Both the position numbers and the translations under genes were made by a program. 64,000 nt of DNA from Eledone cirrhosa (lineage: Eukaryota), in contig OZ024742.1 of assembly GCA_964016885.1 (NCBI GenBank), positions 199,454,001 to 199,518,000 of the forward strand. Reading direction: 5' to 3'. The notes beneath the pieces are model-generated. The model saw nothing but the letters and a program-made list of their open reading frames with translations. It had not been told where the DNA came from and did not search any database. Below are positions 44,092 to 59,242 of this stretch, piece after piece (within the stretch, counting starts at the first letter, position 1; each line of letters begins with the position of its first letter).

Positions 44092-44153
44092 TTTCATTAT
44101 ACATATTTCAGGGATACCATATTAAAAATATGGCATGCCTTCTTCAGATAAAA
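44092..44153 (-). ncRNA. Hammerhead ribozyme (family H7) in inverted module 44047-44411
   Basis: Minus strand: TTTTAT CTGAAGA AGGcATGCCATAT-tttta-ATATGGTATcCCT GAAA T-ATGT-A TA ATGAAA. Confidence 0.7.
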
Positions 44154-44408
44154 TACAATATATAAGCAGTTTTATAAATAAATTTGACGTACCATTGATC
44201 AACTTTTATGTAAGAAGTTGGTTTGGTAGAAGGCATGCCATATTTTTAATATGGTATCCCTGAAATATGTATAATGAAATAAATATGGTTTTATAAATAT
44301 AGTTTCCATTTGTTTAATATCGTATATCTACTCCAAAACTTGTTGAGTGCTTTATATCAGTTATAAAATATTTACTTGTTGTAACCCAACAATTTTAAAT
44401 AAAACTTT

Positions 44409-44443
<35 letters not shown>

Positions 44444-44596
44444 CGAAGGAGGTGTGGTGAGGGACCAGATGGACCATAATTGTTCTACAGGCAAGTTCAG
44501 CCACCCCACCTCTCACCCACTGCCATGAAAGAATTGTGTTTACAAGAAATTTTGATCAATCCTCTTGACAATTACAATCTTCTCATATAAGGAATT

Positions 44597-44692
44597 ACCC
44601 CTTGAAAAGTTCGGCTATTTATTTACCACGCTAAACATTCTAATTTAGTCCAGAAGTAGCCGTCGAAATGGCTTGAGCTCTGCCGTCGGGGT
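44597..44692 (+). ncRNA. Degenerate full-length H5 hammerhead
   Basis: ACCCC ttgaaaa gttCGGCTA...TAGCCGtc GAAA tGGC..GCCG TC GGGGT; stems intact, core mutated. Confidence 0.5.
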
Positions 44693-45226
44693 CAAACATT
44701 TTCCTATATATATATAGAAGAGAAATAGGATTTCGCTTCAAGCATAGTTTTATACAATATGTATAGACATTTCGTATTTCTTTCGAAATACGAAATTTCT
44801 ATACATATATATATATATATCGTTATTTAATATAGAAAGGCGGTGGATTGGAAGTATCGGTAGAGGATCGGATGCCATGCTTTGAAGCATAGAGTTACCT
44901 CCTTGTATGATCTGAGTTCAAATCCCGCCGAGGTTAACTTTACCTTTCATCCTTCCGGGGTCGATAGAATAAAGTACCAGTAATGCATTGGGTAATTGCT
45001 GGCCTTGTGCCAAAAGTAGAAACAGTTATTTAATATAGAAATGGTTTCCAAATAACTTGAACTGTTTCATTAAGAAAATCATTAGAGTATTCTTAATGAT
45101 TTCATACGAATGAAACAGTTCTAGTCTCGTAGAAGCCATTTCTATATTAAGTAATGGTGTTTACACTCTACTTATGTATTGAGTACCCTTTTAACTGTGG
45201 TTACCCCCAATTTCACTCGGGATCTC

Positions 45227-45291
<65 letters not shown>

Positions 45292-45659
45292 ATATATATA
45301 TACACATATATATATATATACACGTGTGTGTTTGTGTGTGCGTGTGTGTGAACGTGTATGCGTGTTCATTTGTGTATACATGTGTTGGCATTTATTTATA
45401 CATATGACAAACAGGTAGGACCTCTGCATGGTTACTCAACCTACCAGAAATAGCAACCAAACAACCTTTATTTCATTGGTTAATGTAATCCTATGGTGCA
45501 TCATGGCTGTATAAAAGACGGGGCAGGCCCAGCTGGGAATCCTCCTAGCTGGAGGTCTACTGAAACAGGTTTGACACCGGTGGTTAAACAACAATAGCAA
45601 CAACAAATGATAGAGTTAAAGACAACAACAACATTTAGAGCAGAGACAGAGATAAAAAA

Positions 45660-47598
45660 ACTGGACATTACATATACAACTGGACATTACATATACAACT
45701 GGTCATTACATATAGAACTGGTCATTACATATACAACTGGACATTACATATACAACTGGACATTACATATAGAACTGGACATTACATATACAACTGGACA
45801 TTACATATAGAACGGGACATTACATATACAACTGGACATTACATATAGAACTGGTCATTACATATAGAACTGGACATTACATATAGAACTGGACATTACA
45901 TATACAACTGGACATTACATATACAACTGGACATTGCATATAGAACTGGTCATTACATATACAACTGGACACTACATATAGAACTGCACATTGCATATAG
46001 AACTGGTCATTACATATACAACTGGACACTACATATAGAACTGGACGTTACATATAGAACTGGACATTACATATACAACAACTGGACATTACATATAGAA
46101 CTGGACATTACATATACAACAACTGGTCATTACATATAGAACTGGTCATTACATATAGAACTGGACATTACATATACAACTGGACATTACATATAGAACT
46201 GGACATTACATATACAACTGGACATTACATATACAACTGGACATTACATATACAACTGGACATTACATATACAACTGGACATTGCATATACAACTGGACA
46301 TTGCATATACAACTGGACATTACATATAGAACTGGACATTACATATAGAACTGGACACTACATATAGAACTGGACATTACATATACAACAACTGGACATT
46401 ACATATAGAACTGGACATTACATATACAACTGGACATTACATAGAGAACTGGACATTACATATAGGACTGGACATTACATATACAACTGGACATTGCATA
46501 TAGAACTGGACATTACATATAGAACTGGACATTACATATAGAACTGGACATTACATATACAACTGGACATTACATATACAACTGGACATTACATATACAA
46601 CTGGACACTACATATAGAACTGGACATTACATATAGAACTGGACATTACATATAGGACTGGACATTACATATAGAACTGGTCATTACATATAGAACTGGA
46701 CATTACATATACAACTGGACATTGCATATAGAACTGGACATTACATATAGAACTGGACATTACATATAGAACTGGACATTACATATACAACAATTGGACA
46801 TTACATATAGAACTGGACATTACATATACAACTGGACATTACATATACAACTGGACATTACATATAGGACTGGACATTGCATATAGAACTGGACATTACA
46901 TATACAACTGGACACTACATATACAACTGGACATTACATATACAACTGGACATTACATATACAACTGGACATTACATATAGAACTGGACATTACATATAC
47001 AACAACTGGACATTACATATAGAACTGGACATTACATATACAACTGGACATTACATAGAGAACTGGACATTACATATAGGACTGGACATTACATATACAA
47101 CTGGACATTGCATATAGAACTGGACATTACATATAGAACTGGACATTACATATAGAACTGGACATTACATATACAACTGGACATTACATATACAACTGGA
47201 CATTACATATACAACAACTGGACATTACATATACAACTGGACACTACATATAGAACTGGACATTACATATACAACTGGACACTACATATAGAACTGGACA
47301 TTACATATAGAACTGGACACTACATATAGAACTGGACATTACATATAGAACTGGACATTACATATAGAACTGGACATTACATATAGAACAACTGGACATT
47401 ACATATAGAACTGGACATTACATATACAACTGGACACTACATATAGAACTGGACATTACATATACAACAACTGGACATTACATATAGAACTGGACATTAC
47501 ATATACAACTGGACTCTACATATAGAACTGGACATTACATATACAACAACTGGACATTACATATAGAACTGGACATTACATATACAACTGGACACTAC
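45660..47598. repeat. 19-bp minisatellite ACTGGACATTACATATA(C/G)A, ~100 copies
   Basis: Visible directly; occasional CAA insertions. Followed by a degenerate CACGTGACTACACACTGA repeat to ~48050. Confidence 0.97.
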
Positions 47599-49038
47599 AC
47601 AAACATGTAGGTACTCCAATCACATGTGAACACATTGAAACAAATACGGGGTGACACTAACACGTAGATATATATTCTCGTTACTAGACACTTAAATGTA
47701 GCTGCATACACGTGACTACACACTGACACGTGACTACACTCTGACACGTCACTACACAAACACGTGACTACATATTGACAAGTGGCTATACAGACGTGAC
47801 TAAAAACTGACACGTAACTGCACATTGACGCGTAACTACATATACATGATTACACACTGACATTTAGCTATACACTGACACGTGGCTACACACTGGCACG
47901 TGACTGTACACACGTGATCTTACATTGATACGTGACTGCACACTGACACGCGACTACCCACACACATCACTGCACACTCGCGCGTAACTACACAGACACG
48001 TGATTACACATTGTCACATAGATACACACTAACACGTGGATAAACGCGTATATATTTACACGTACACACTTTGGGGTGGGTGTGAGATGTCTTCTCTTGT
48101 GAAAATGGGTATGGCTTCCATTATGTAAAATATTTTACTTCATTTCTCCCCATTTTGGGGCACTTTTTTTCATGATACTCCCCATTTGGGTTTTTAGAAG
48201 TTGGCAGGTCTGTATATATAATCGTCTCATGCTACATACACATATGTGGCAACACATGTATAGCTAACAGCCCCCCCCTATCTTTCATGCACACAATCAC
48301 ATGTGTACGCTGACATACTTTCACACATGTGATTACACACGCAGCCACACATGTGGAAATTTTCTCCACACAGTCATACGTTGTCACACATACACATGTA
48401 CAGACTTGGTCCTCCCCGTTTGAGTTTTTAGTGGTAGGCAGGTCTGTATGTAGCCACATGTATTTACATATGTGGAAACACATACACCGCTACATGCATA
48501 CATGTAGTCTCTCACACACACACACGCACATAATCACACACATACTTAGTCACATACACACGTGCATAATCACACATACACACACGTAGTCATATACAAA
48601 CGCGCATAATCCCACATACGCAGCCACATACACACGTGCATTATCACACACATGCAGCAACACACACATCTAACCAAACACATTACTACACATATAAGAA
48701 CAGAAATATATAAAAAAAGATCACACAAACACACACACACGCATTCACACATACACACACACACACAAACACACACACACTCACACACACACACAAACAT
48801 ACACAGTTCTTTTTGTACAAGTGTATAAAAACAAGTCTAGTTCAATTTTAAACAGGTACCGCCATCTTTATGACAGGATGGTACCGATATATTGTGTCAG
48901 ATTTGTGATGAGTAGCAGATGTGTGAAGTGGAGTCATTAATGCCACTTCAAAGAGTATCAATTGCCTGCTTGTGAAGTGAAACAACAAACACAAAAACAA
49001 CAATAGCCGGAAAATAAAAAAACCAAGATATGAATTCT

Positions 49039-49290
49039 ACTTCGCCGGAAGTTCACTTCTCTGAAAGTTCACATTGAAGAAAGTTTATTTCTCCGGAAGT
49101 TCACCTCATCGGATGTTCACCTCACCGGAAATTTATTTTGCCGTATGTTCACCTCACCGGAAGTTCCTCCCTCTCTGGAAGTTCACATCGGTCAGTCGAA
49201 GTTCACTTCTCCAAAAGTTCACGTCACCGGAGGTTTACCTCGCCGGAAGTTTATTTCGCTTGACGGAAGTTCATTTCGCCGGAAATTCGG
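49039..49290. repeat. Degenerate ~17-bp tandem repeat GTTCACTTCGCCGGAA
   Basis: About 13 imperfect copies. Confidence 0.8.
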
Positions 49291-49554
49291 CTCGCTATGG
49301 TGCTTAACACGAGTAAATATTATATTGCTGTTTAGTGTAATTTAGTGTCCTTCTAGAGTACTTCTGGATTTGTTTCCTGTAAAAACATGGCTGTGTTGGT
49401 TTTAGAGGATGTTGAACGTCAAGGGGTAAAAAAAAAAAAAAAAAGATAGAAAATGGTGTTGACTAAAAAAAAAGAGAAAAAAATTGAAATAAAAATAAAA
49501 TATAAAATATAATAAAAAAATAGAATATAGATTGTGTGAAGATTGAAACCCAAA

Positions 49555-49710
49555 TCACAAATTTGTAAATGCCTCAACTTTCTCAAATGATAACTGTAAT
49601 TTTTCAGATTTTTTAGAAATGTTACTAGTTTTAGGAGAGGTAGTGGTATGTGCAGTAGGTGTGATACTTTTGGTGGGACTACTACTACTACTACTACCAC
49701 CACCACCACC

Positions 49711-49741
<31 letters not shown>

Positions 49742-51069
49742 GAAGTAGTAGTAGTAGTAGTGGTAGTGGTAGTTGTTATTGTTGTTTTTGTTGTAGCAGG
49801 TGTTGTAATAATATCTGACAGTGTGGTGACTGCAGTTGTTGCAACACTATCAATATCAGTAATATCACTATCAGTAGTAGTAGTAGTAATTATTTTGGTA
49901 GCATCAGTAGAAGTAGAAGATGGAGTGGTAGTATCAGTTGCAAATCTAGGGAGTGTAGTAGTAGCATTGTCAGTGTCTTTATTTTTAATTGTAGTAAATT
50001 TATCGTTATTTGCAGGAACTTTACTTTTAGTTGCCGTAGCTTTACGTTTCATTGCAGTAGCTTTACGTTTCATTGCAGTAGCTTTACTTTTAGTCGCAGT
50101 AACTTTATTTTTAGTTGTAGTACTAGATGTAGTGGTGGTATTACTTAAACGAATAGTCTCAGTACTAATTTTATTAGTTCTACTAGGTTTGCTAGTTTTG
50201 CTAGCTTTGCTAATACTTCTCTTGCTAGAGACATCCAGGAACATGTTAATAGTTGTCGTCATGGTCTGGAACTCCTCCTTTTGGCTACTATCATTATTCT
50301 TAGAGTTAATGTGCCCTTCCAGTAGTTTAGTTTTTTTCGTTCCTTTCCTTGCACCATTCTTGTGAAGTTTCTTGTTAGGCAGCGTCTCTGTTTCCCCAGT
50401 AAAGTTCTGAAAGGAAGAATTGGAAGCCAACGTAATATTCTTTATCTTCTTTTGCTTAAGATGTTTCATTGGCTTCGATATTTTAGTTTTATTCTTGGCT
50501 TCATTCTGTTTCTTTTTGGTGGAAGATTTCACCTCCTCTTCGCTTTCTTCTTCCTCTCCATTTTCTTTTACCTCAGTTAATTCGTCTGTATCCAATTCCA
50601 ATGTTAAATTCTTCGTTTGAAGATCTGATGAAGAATTTAACAAGGTATAGTTTAAGTTTAACTTCACCTTTTCAGACCGTTTATTTGATAGGGATACGTT
50701 ACGTCTTCGTTCGCTCTCGGCGGTTTTCTTCGCCGTTGACAAAAGTTTCTTCCGCCTCGTTGTTTGTTTAACTTTTTCTGCGGTCGAATTGGTTGGTTCA
50801 CGTCGTTCGGCGGCTGATGTGGACTTCCGGCTGACAGAAAGACTTGGTACGCAAGTCGTGTAGTCCAAGCTTGATGTTGAGCCGTTGGGACAAGGTGCGC
50901 ACAGTCCTTCGTCTGGGATATAATGATCTGGTGGACAAGGCACACAAATGTAGCAACAGTCTTCTGCACTCCTGCTGGTTTTTATATGACCGGGTTCACA
51001 CGGCAAACTGCAAAATGAAGCAGGGAAAGTTGGTTCAATCCCACGGAATTTGATTCGTCTGAGGGTTTC
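49555..51069 (-). CDS. Terminal exon of a class C GPCR/mGluR-like protein: nine-cysteine (NCD3G) domain plus Lys/Thr/Ser-rich tail, no 7TM
   Basis: Minus-strand acceptor ttttccccaacag at 51070. Reads ETLRRIKFRGIEPTFPASFCSLPCEPG...CCYICVPC...LCAPCPNG...TTCVP with mGluR cysteine spacing, then stays open ~430 codons to TGA at 49555. Confidence 0.8.
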
Positions 51070-51603
51070 CTGTTGGGGAAAAATAACAAAATGAAAATAA
51101 AAATAAAATAAAACAACAATTATTCATATATATACATATATATCTAAATATATTATACGTGCATATGCATATATTTCACACACATACACATGTACCCCCC
51201 CCCCTATATATATTTTGACGATATGTTAGCTTAAAGTTAATAGCTTCAATGCAGTTTTTTGACTATGAAGAAAAGTCTAACAAGTCGAGTATATAGTCAC
51301 TAGGGGGTGTATATACTCCATTTGTTAGACTATATTTCATAGTTAAAAACCTGCATTGAATCTGTTAATATAATTAACTGTTAACTTTAACGATTATATA
51401 TACAGACCCGCCAACTTCTAAAAACCCAAACGAGCTCTGGCCGTTTCAACAATTAGATCCGAACTGTTCGGATGTAGCTGTCGAAACGGCCGGAGGTCAG
51501 CCGTCGGGATCCTGACTCTTTTCCTATTACTCACTCTACTACTCTAAGTACCGAGTACTCTGGTGCGTTATGGTCCACCTGGTTCCTTACCGCACTCCCT
51601 TCG

Positions 51604-53501
<1,898 letters not shown>

Positions 53502-53710
53502 ACAGCGAGGGAGTTTCGTGTTTAAGGGAACTTATCAATCAGTTTGATAAGTGCCCTTAAGCACGAATATTTGGCCCTTGACTCACTGGTATAGATATAT
53601 AACTATTATTATAATACATATCACTATAATCATGAATTGAGATTTGTTTCTCCCGTTTACGCATATATACATATGTATGTATGCATGTATCTATGTATGT
53701 ATATATGTAT

Positions 53711-54141
53711 GTCAATGGCCATCCAAAATCACCGGGAGAGATGACCCCTTAGCCTTTGTCAAGGCAGAATTCTAGGAGAAGGAAAACTCTGATATAACAC
53801 CTTCCACCCTGATGGTATCCAATGATGTTGACTTGTTCTTCTTTTTGGTAAATATCACCTTGGTTAAGAGAGTGGGACTGGCTTTGTGCAGTGCCTTTGC
53901 TCACTATAAAAGCTTCACTGCACAGGCATTGCTTTATATCTGGAGATCTCTCTGCAGTTGTCGCCACATGGTACCATGGGCGCAGCACTATGTGTCAATA
54001 ATTGTCACAAGTGTAGTGATTGTACCAGAGTTTTCAAGTCGCTGGCTGGACTAAAATGTCACACTCGTTCAGCGCATCGGTAGGGGTTCTCCTACATAGA
54101 TATAAAGTAGTGGCCGTACTCGAAAACGAGTTGCCAGCCAC
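53711..54141 (+). mobile_element. Non-autonomous RTE-type derivative, copy 3
   Basis: Homologous to 301-903 in the opposite orientation. Confidence 0.7.
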
Positions 54142-54257
54142 AATATATGTATGTAAGTATGTATATATGTATGTGTGTGTGCATGTGTGTATAGGCATGC
54201 ATTTATATATTTATTTTTATACACATACATACGTACATATATATATGATTATATATG

Positions 54258-54357
<100 letters not shown>

Positions 54358-54399
54358 TACATATATATATATACATCATACATACATATAGATATATAG

Positions 54400-54470
<71 letters not shown>

Positions 54471-54737
54471 CATATATATATATATATATATATATAGTAG
54501 AATAATCGAGTATCGAAAAATCGGCGCACGAGTTCACGATAAACAAAATTCGAGATGATCGGCAGAGGGCTCTATAATTCAAATAAATTAGAGCTATAAC
54601 TATCGTTAAAATACCGTCACACGTAGAATATGTCTACAATCAACCAAATAACCGAAAAGTTCGATATGGAAGATTCGGGCCACTCAGATAAATTATCAAT
54701 AAATCAATAAATTATATATATATATATATATATATGT

Positions 54738-54860
<123 letters not shown>

Positions 54861-54903
54861 TGTATGTATGATGTATATATATGCATATATATGTATATAT
54901 ATA

Positions 54904-55450
54904 CATGGTGGCGGCCAACTCGTTTTCGAGTATGGCCACTACTTTATATCCATGCAGGAGAACCCCTACCGATGCGCTGAACGAGTGTGACATTTTAGTC
55001 CATCCAGCGACTTGAAAACTCTGGTACAAACACTACACTTGTGACAATTATTGACACATAGTGCTGGGCCCATGGTACCATGTGACGACAAGTGCAGAGA
55101 GATCTCCAGATATAAAGCAATGCCTGTGCTGTGAAGCTTTTATAGTGAGCAAAGGCACTGCACAAAGCCAGTCCCACTCTCTTAACCAAGATGATATTTA
55201 CCAAAAAGAATAACAAGTCAACATCATTGGATACCATCAGGGTTGCAGGTGTTATATCAGAGTTTTCCTTCTCCTAGAATTCTGTCTTGACAAAGGCTAA
55301 AGGGTCATCTCTCCCGGTCATTTTGGATGGCCATTGACTCTTAAGAGCTCCTTTGCCCTTTGACAGGTTTTGTTTTTATTCCTGCAGGATGTTCAAAGTC
55401 ACCCTCCTCACCAAGAAACCTTGGTGGGGTTGCCAGTTTAGTCGCCAACG
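54904..55450 (-). mobile_element. Non-autonomous RTE-type derivative, copy 4
   Basis: Homologous to 937-1481. Confidence 0.7.
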
Positions 55451-57320
55451 TAAATGCACACTCTCCGCCCTAGTGATACAGGATCGATCTACATAACGCA
55501 CCACCGCACCGCAAAACCACGTGGAGCGCATGCAGCGGACCACAATTGAACACCGCATATCTATGAATGCATGACAGTATAAGTTGATAGCAGTGACAGT
55601 TCAAACGTTGCCCACCTCGTAGAACACCTTAATAGCACCACCACACCAACTTGCGGACGCCGACTCATTACAAGTAGGATTGGGTCTACAGACATACGTG
55701 TGGTTTTAAATTTTCAAATTTCTAAATTTTCAAACTTCAAAATTTTTAAACTGTTGATTTCCGATATTCGATTCGCGGTGCTTAATCCGCTACTTGGATG
55801 ATGGACGTGATGCTGGTCTTAAGGTTAATTTCGCAGCTAATTGTAATGTTGATGTCAATTTTAATTTTAATTTTGATTTTGATTTCAAGTTTTAATTTTG
55901 CCGTTCCATGCCACCGATATACACACACGCACACAACGCATGCCGCTGGCACATTTCATCATACATACACTCCACGTGCATTCCATATATATTGTTATGA
56001 AGCACATACCCTTTATATTCCATGTATACACCAAACCCATGCACATCTCATATATACTTTTATGAAATGGATGTTACACATAACCACAATATATATAACT
56101 TGTTTGTGCACGCACGCATTGACCACACCTATCCACAAGCAACGAGACCTGCATCATGCGCAGGCTCTACCCAGTGCCTTAGCCCAACATCCCCCATGTA
56201 TATCGTATAAACATTTGCACCACAGCCCACAACTACTGTATGAAACTTGACGCACACCTCTGCATCCTTGTCATGTATGCACTCTCTTTTTCCAGCATTT
56301 TATTTTATTGTATTTTATCTTTTATTTTATTATTGTATAGTATTTCATTATTTTATGTTCTGTGCATACAGGTTTTTTTAAAAAATATATGCGACCCACG
56401 CTATATGCGATTAGTGCAGGGATATTGTGCTGCCGTAATATGTAGGCATATTGTGCAGACACTCTCGGACTCACACCGCTACGTGATCAGGTTGGGTTAA
56501 GGCCTCAAATGCGTTGTCTCATACAATACTGTGTGCACCATCCGCGCAGCGACGCGTGGTGGGTACTCATCAAGTATATGCATCCTGTGTTGAGCACGCG
56601 GTATGTATGTGTGCCCACACAGACATGCATGAGCATGGGTGTGTGGGGGTACGGATGACTTTCCATGGATTTTTCTTTTCCCATCTGCCTATATAAGTGT
56701 GCGGCGTCTTGGCTACGCACGCTCCCCTGAGTCTAGTGTGTGAGTGTAGAATTGGGTCTATTTGTTGAAAACACCTTTGATATAGCCCCTCCGTTTGAAT
56801 GGCTGTTGAAAGCTTTCTTTTTAAAAACATTTTTAAAAAAACGTTCTTGCTACATGTTCTTTCTTTTTCTTTTTCCTTTTCTTTTTGAAATATGTATGGC
56901 GGAGTGTATCCTAAGGCTGTGTCCTACTAATGTTACGCTAAATATCCCCATGATTTTTTTTAATTTTAAATTCCCGCAAAACATTATTTATGATGAATGC
57001 CGCATACAGCATAATTGTGGGTGTGTACCTGACCGATGTAGACTAAGGCACCTAGGGGCAATGAAGACGTCGAAGTGATGCCAGCCGTTCAAGATTACAG
57101 CCACACTCCCACCACAGTAGTAATTCTGATATATGAAGATATTTTGATTGACAGGTGGAGAACGAGAGGAAGCAAGAAGTTGGCAACCATGAGTGGCTAG
57201 AAATACCGATGACGTGTACGATTCTTGACCACTCATGGAATGACAACAACAGGATCTAAATCAACAAACGAAGAAATTCGATGTTAAAGGACTATAGGAA
57301 AATCTACTTCGTAGAATCAA

Positions 57321-57416
57321 GACGTATCTGACGACCGTGTTGATTTCAGAGTCAGGTGTGGTCACCATATCTATCGTGCCTCGAGCTGGTCGCCCGAGAA
57401 ACATTTGTAATATGTC
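57321..57416 (+). ncRNA. Hammerhead ribozyme (family H9)
   Basis: GACGTAT CTGACGA ...GAAA C-ATTT-G TA ATATGTC. 7-bp stem I and exact core, 110 nt before a (TA)n; the stem II base is weak. Confidence 0.6.
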
Positions 57417-57627
57417 CAATAAATTCCTTTCGTCGCAACACTGATTCTCTTTTTTCTGTGATATCATACTCTGCTCTACGAGGGCATTGAGTGCTCATAC
57501 GGACGCTTTAAGCATCCAACACCAATTATATATATATATATATATAGTGAAAAATTGAACGGGAACAAAACGGAGAGGCAGTACGAACAAACGTTTATTA
57601 GTTTCACGCTCTTGAGAGTGGGGTGGT

Positions 57628-57668
<41 letters not shown>

Positions 57669-57814
57669 GTACGTTATTCCGGGTTGAATCGGAGGTAACC
57701 ACAGTAAGTAAGGTACTCAATACATTGCAGAGTATAAAAGTTTTAATATAGATGAGATTCTACAGGACTAGAACTGTTTCATTCTTTAGAAATCATCAGG
57801 AATCAGATGATTCA

Positions 57815-57867
57815 GAGATTCCTGATGATTTCTAAAGAATGAAACAGTTCTAGTCCTGTAGAATCTC
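57815..57867 (+). ncRNA. H1 hammerhead; mirror copy at 57756-57804(-)
   Basis: GAGATTC CTGATGA tTTC-taaa-GAAt GAAA CAG..CTG TA GAATCTC. Confidence 0.82.
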
Positions 57868-57876
57868 ATCTATATT

Positions 57877-57931
<55 letters not shown>

Positions 57932-58153
57932 CGAAGGAAAAGTGGTAAGGAACCAGGTGGACCATAACGCACCAAAGTACTCAATACTTGAGGTAGTAGA
58001 GTGGGTAATAGGAACCAGTAAGACCCCGACAGCTGAGCTCAAGCCGTTTCGACGGCTAATTCTGGACTCAGAATTAGCCGTCGAATTAGCCGTCGAAACG
58101 GCTTGAGCTCAGCTGTCGGGGTCTTACTGGTTCCTATATATATATATATATAT

Positions 58154-58254
58154 AAATGGAAAAAATGAAATTTCATTTCTCACTCTTAGTACGGCTGATA
58201 CTTAAATATAAGTATGTATAGATACATACATATATGTATACAGACGTACAGTAG

Positions 58255-58327
<73 letters not shown>

Positions 58328-58908
58328 GCACACATATATATATGTACGTATGGGTTTCCCGAACATTTATTATAATGTTTGGTTTGTTTGCAAACAAACA
58401 GCCCGAATTAAGCCGTACAGTGTTCGGCAACCATCGTTGCCCTTTTGTTCAACACTGACAAAGGAACGATGAACTAGTTTCAAGCTTATTAGCTATCATC
58501 AGCACCGTATACCTTTCTGTCAGATGATTGAACATTTATTATAATGTTCGGTTTGTTTGCAAACAAACATCGATATGCAAATTAGGCTGCTCAGCCGTTA
58601 ATATGCACAAGGAAAGTATATACTTTCAAACGTTCAATCATCTGTCAGGAAGGTATACGGTGCTGATGATAGCTAATAAGCTTGAAACTAGTTCATCGTT
58701 CCTTTGTCAGTGTTGAACAAAAGGGCAACGATGGTTGCCGAATACTGTACGGCTTAATTCGGGCAGTTTGTTTGCAAACAAACCGAACATTATAATAAAT
58801 GTTCGGGAACTCATACGTACATATATATGTGTGCATGTATGTATATATATACATACTACTGTACGTCTGTATACATATATCTATGTACCTATACATACTT
58901 ATATTTAT
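58154..58908. repeat. H3 retrozyme-like units in inverted arrangement; HHRs at 58461-58515(-) and 58650-58704(+)
   Basis: Homologous to the 13595 unit; AAGG-tat-ACGGTG CTGATGA tAGC..GCTt GAAA CTAG TT CATCGT-t-CCTT. Confidence 0.88.
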
Positions 58909-59200
58909 ATATATATATATCGTTTCTGAATTTGTTTAGCAAGATTCTTTATCTGAAAACGTGTGTTGAAATCGATATTGTTATGCTTTGGGAGGGTCAT
59001 GTTGCCAATAAGAAACACACGCACCATCAATTTATAAATTTAAGAATTATATAAATTTCCGGTTGGTTGGTTGGTTCCATAACCGGACGGTTGTTCATAT
59101 ATTGTCAAAGTTCTTTCGTCACACATTCTGTGACCTCTTTAGTGACTGGGGATTCTTTTCTTTGTTTTGTGCCTCTCCTTTGTTCTGTCCTAAACCATCT

Positions 59201-59242
<42 letters not shown>

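Noticed and set aside
49619-50365. 248-aa hydrophobic ORF on + as the missing transmembrane region
   Set aside because: It is the antisense reading of the Thr/Ser/Lys-rich tail and lies on the wrong strand.
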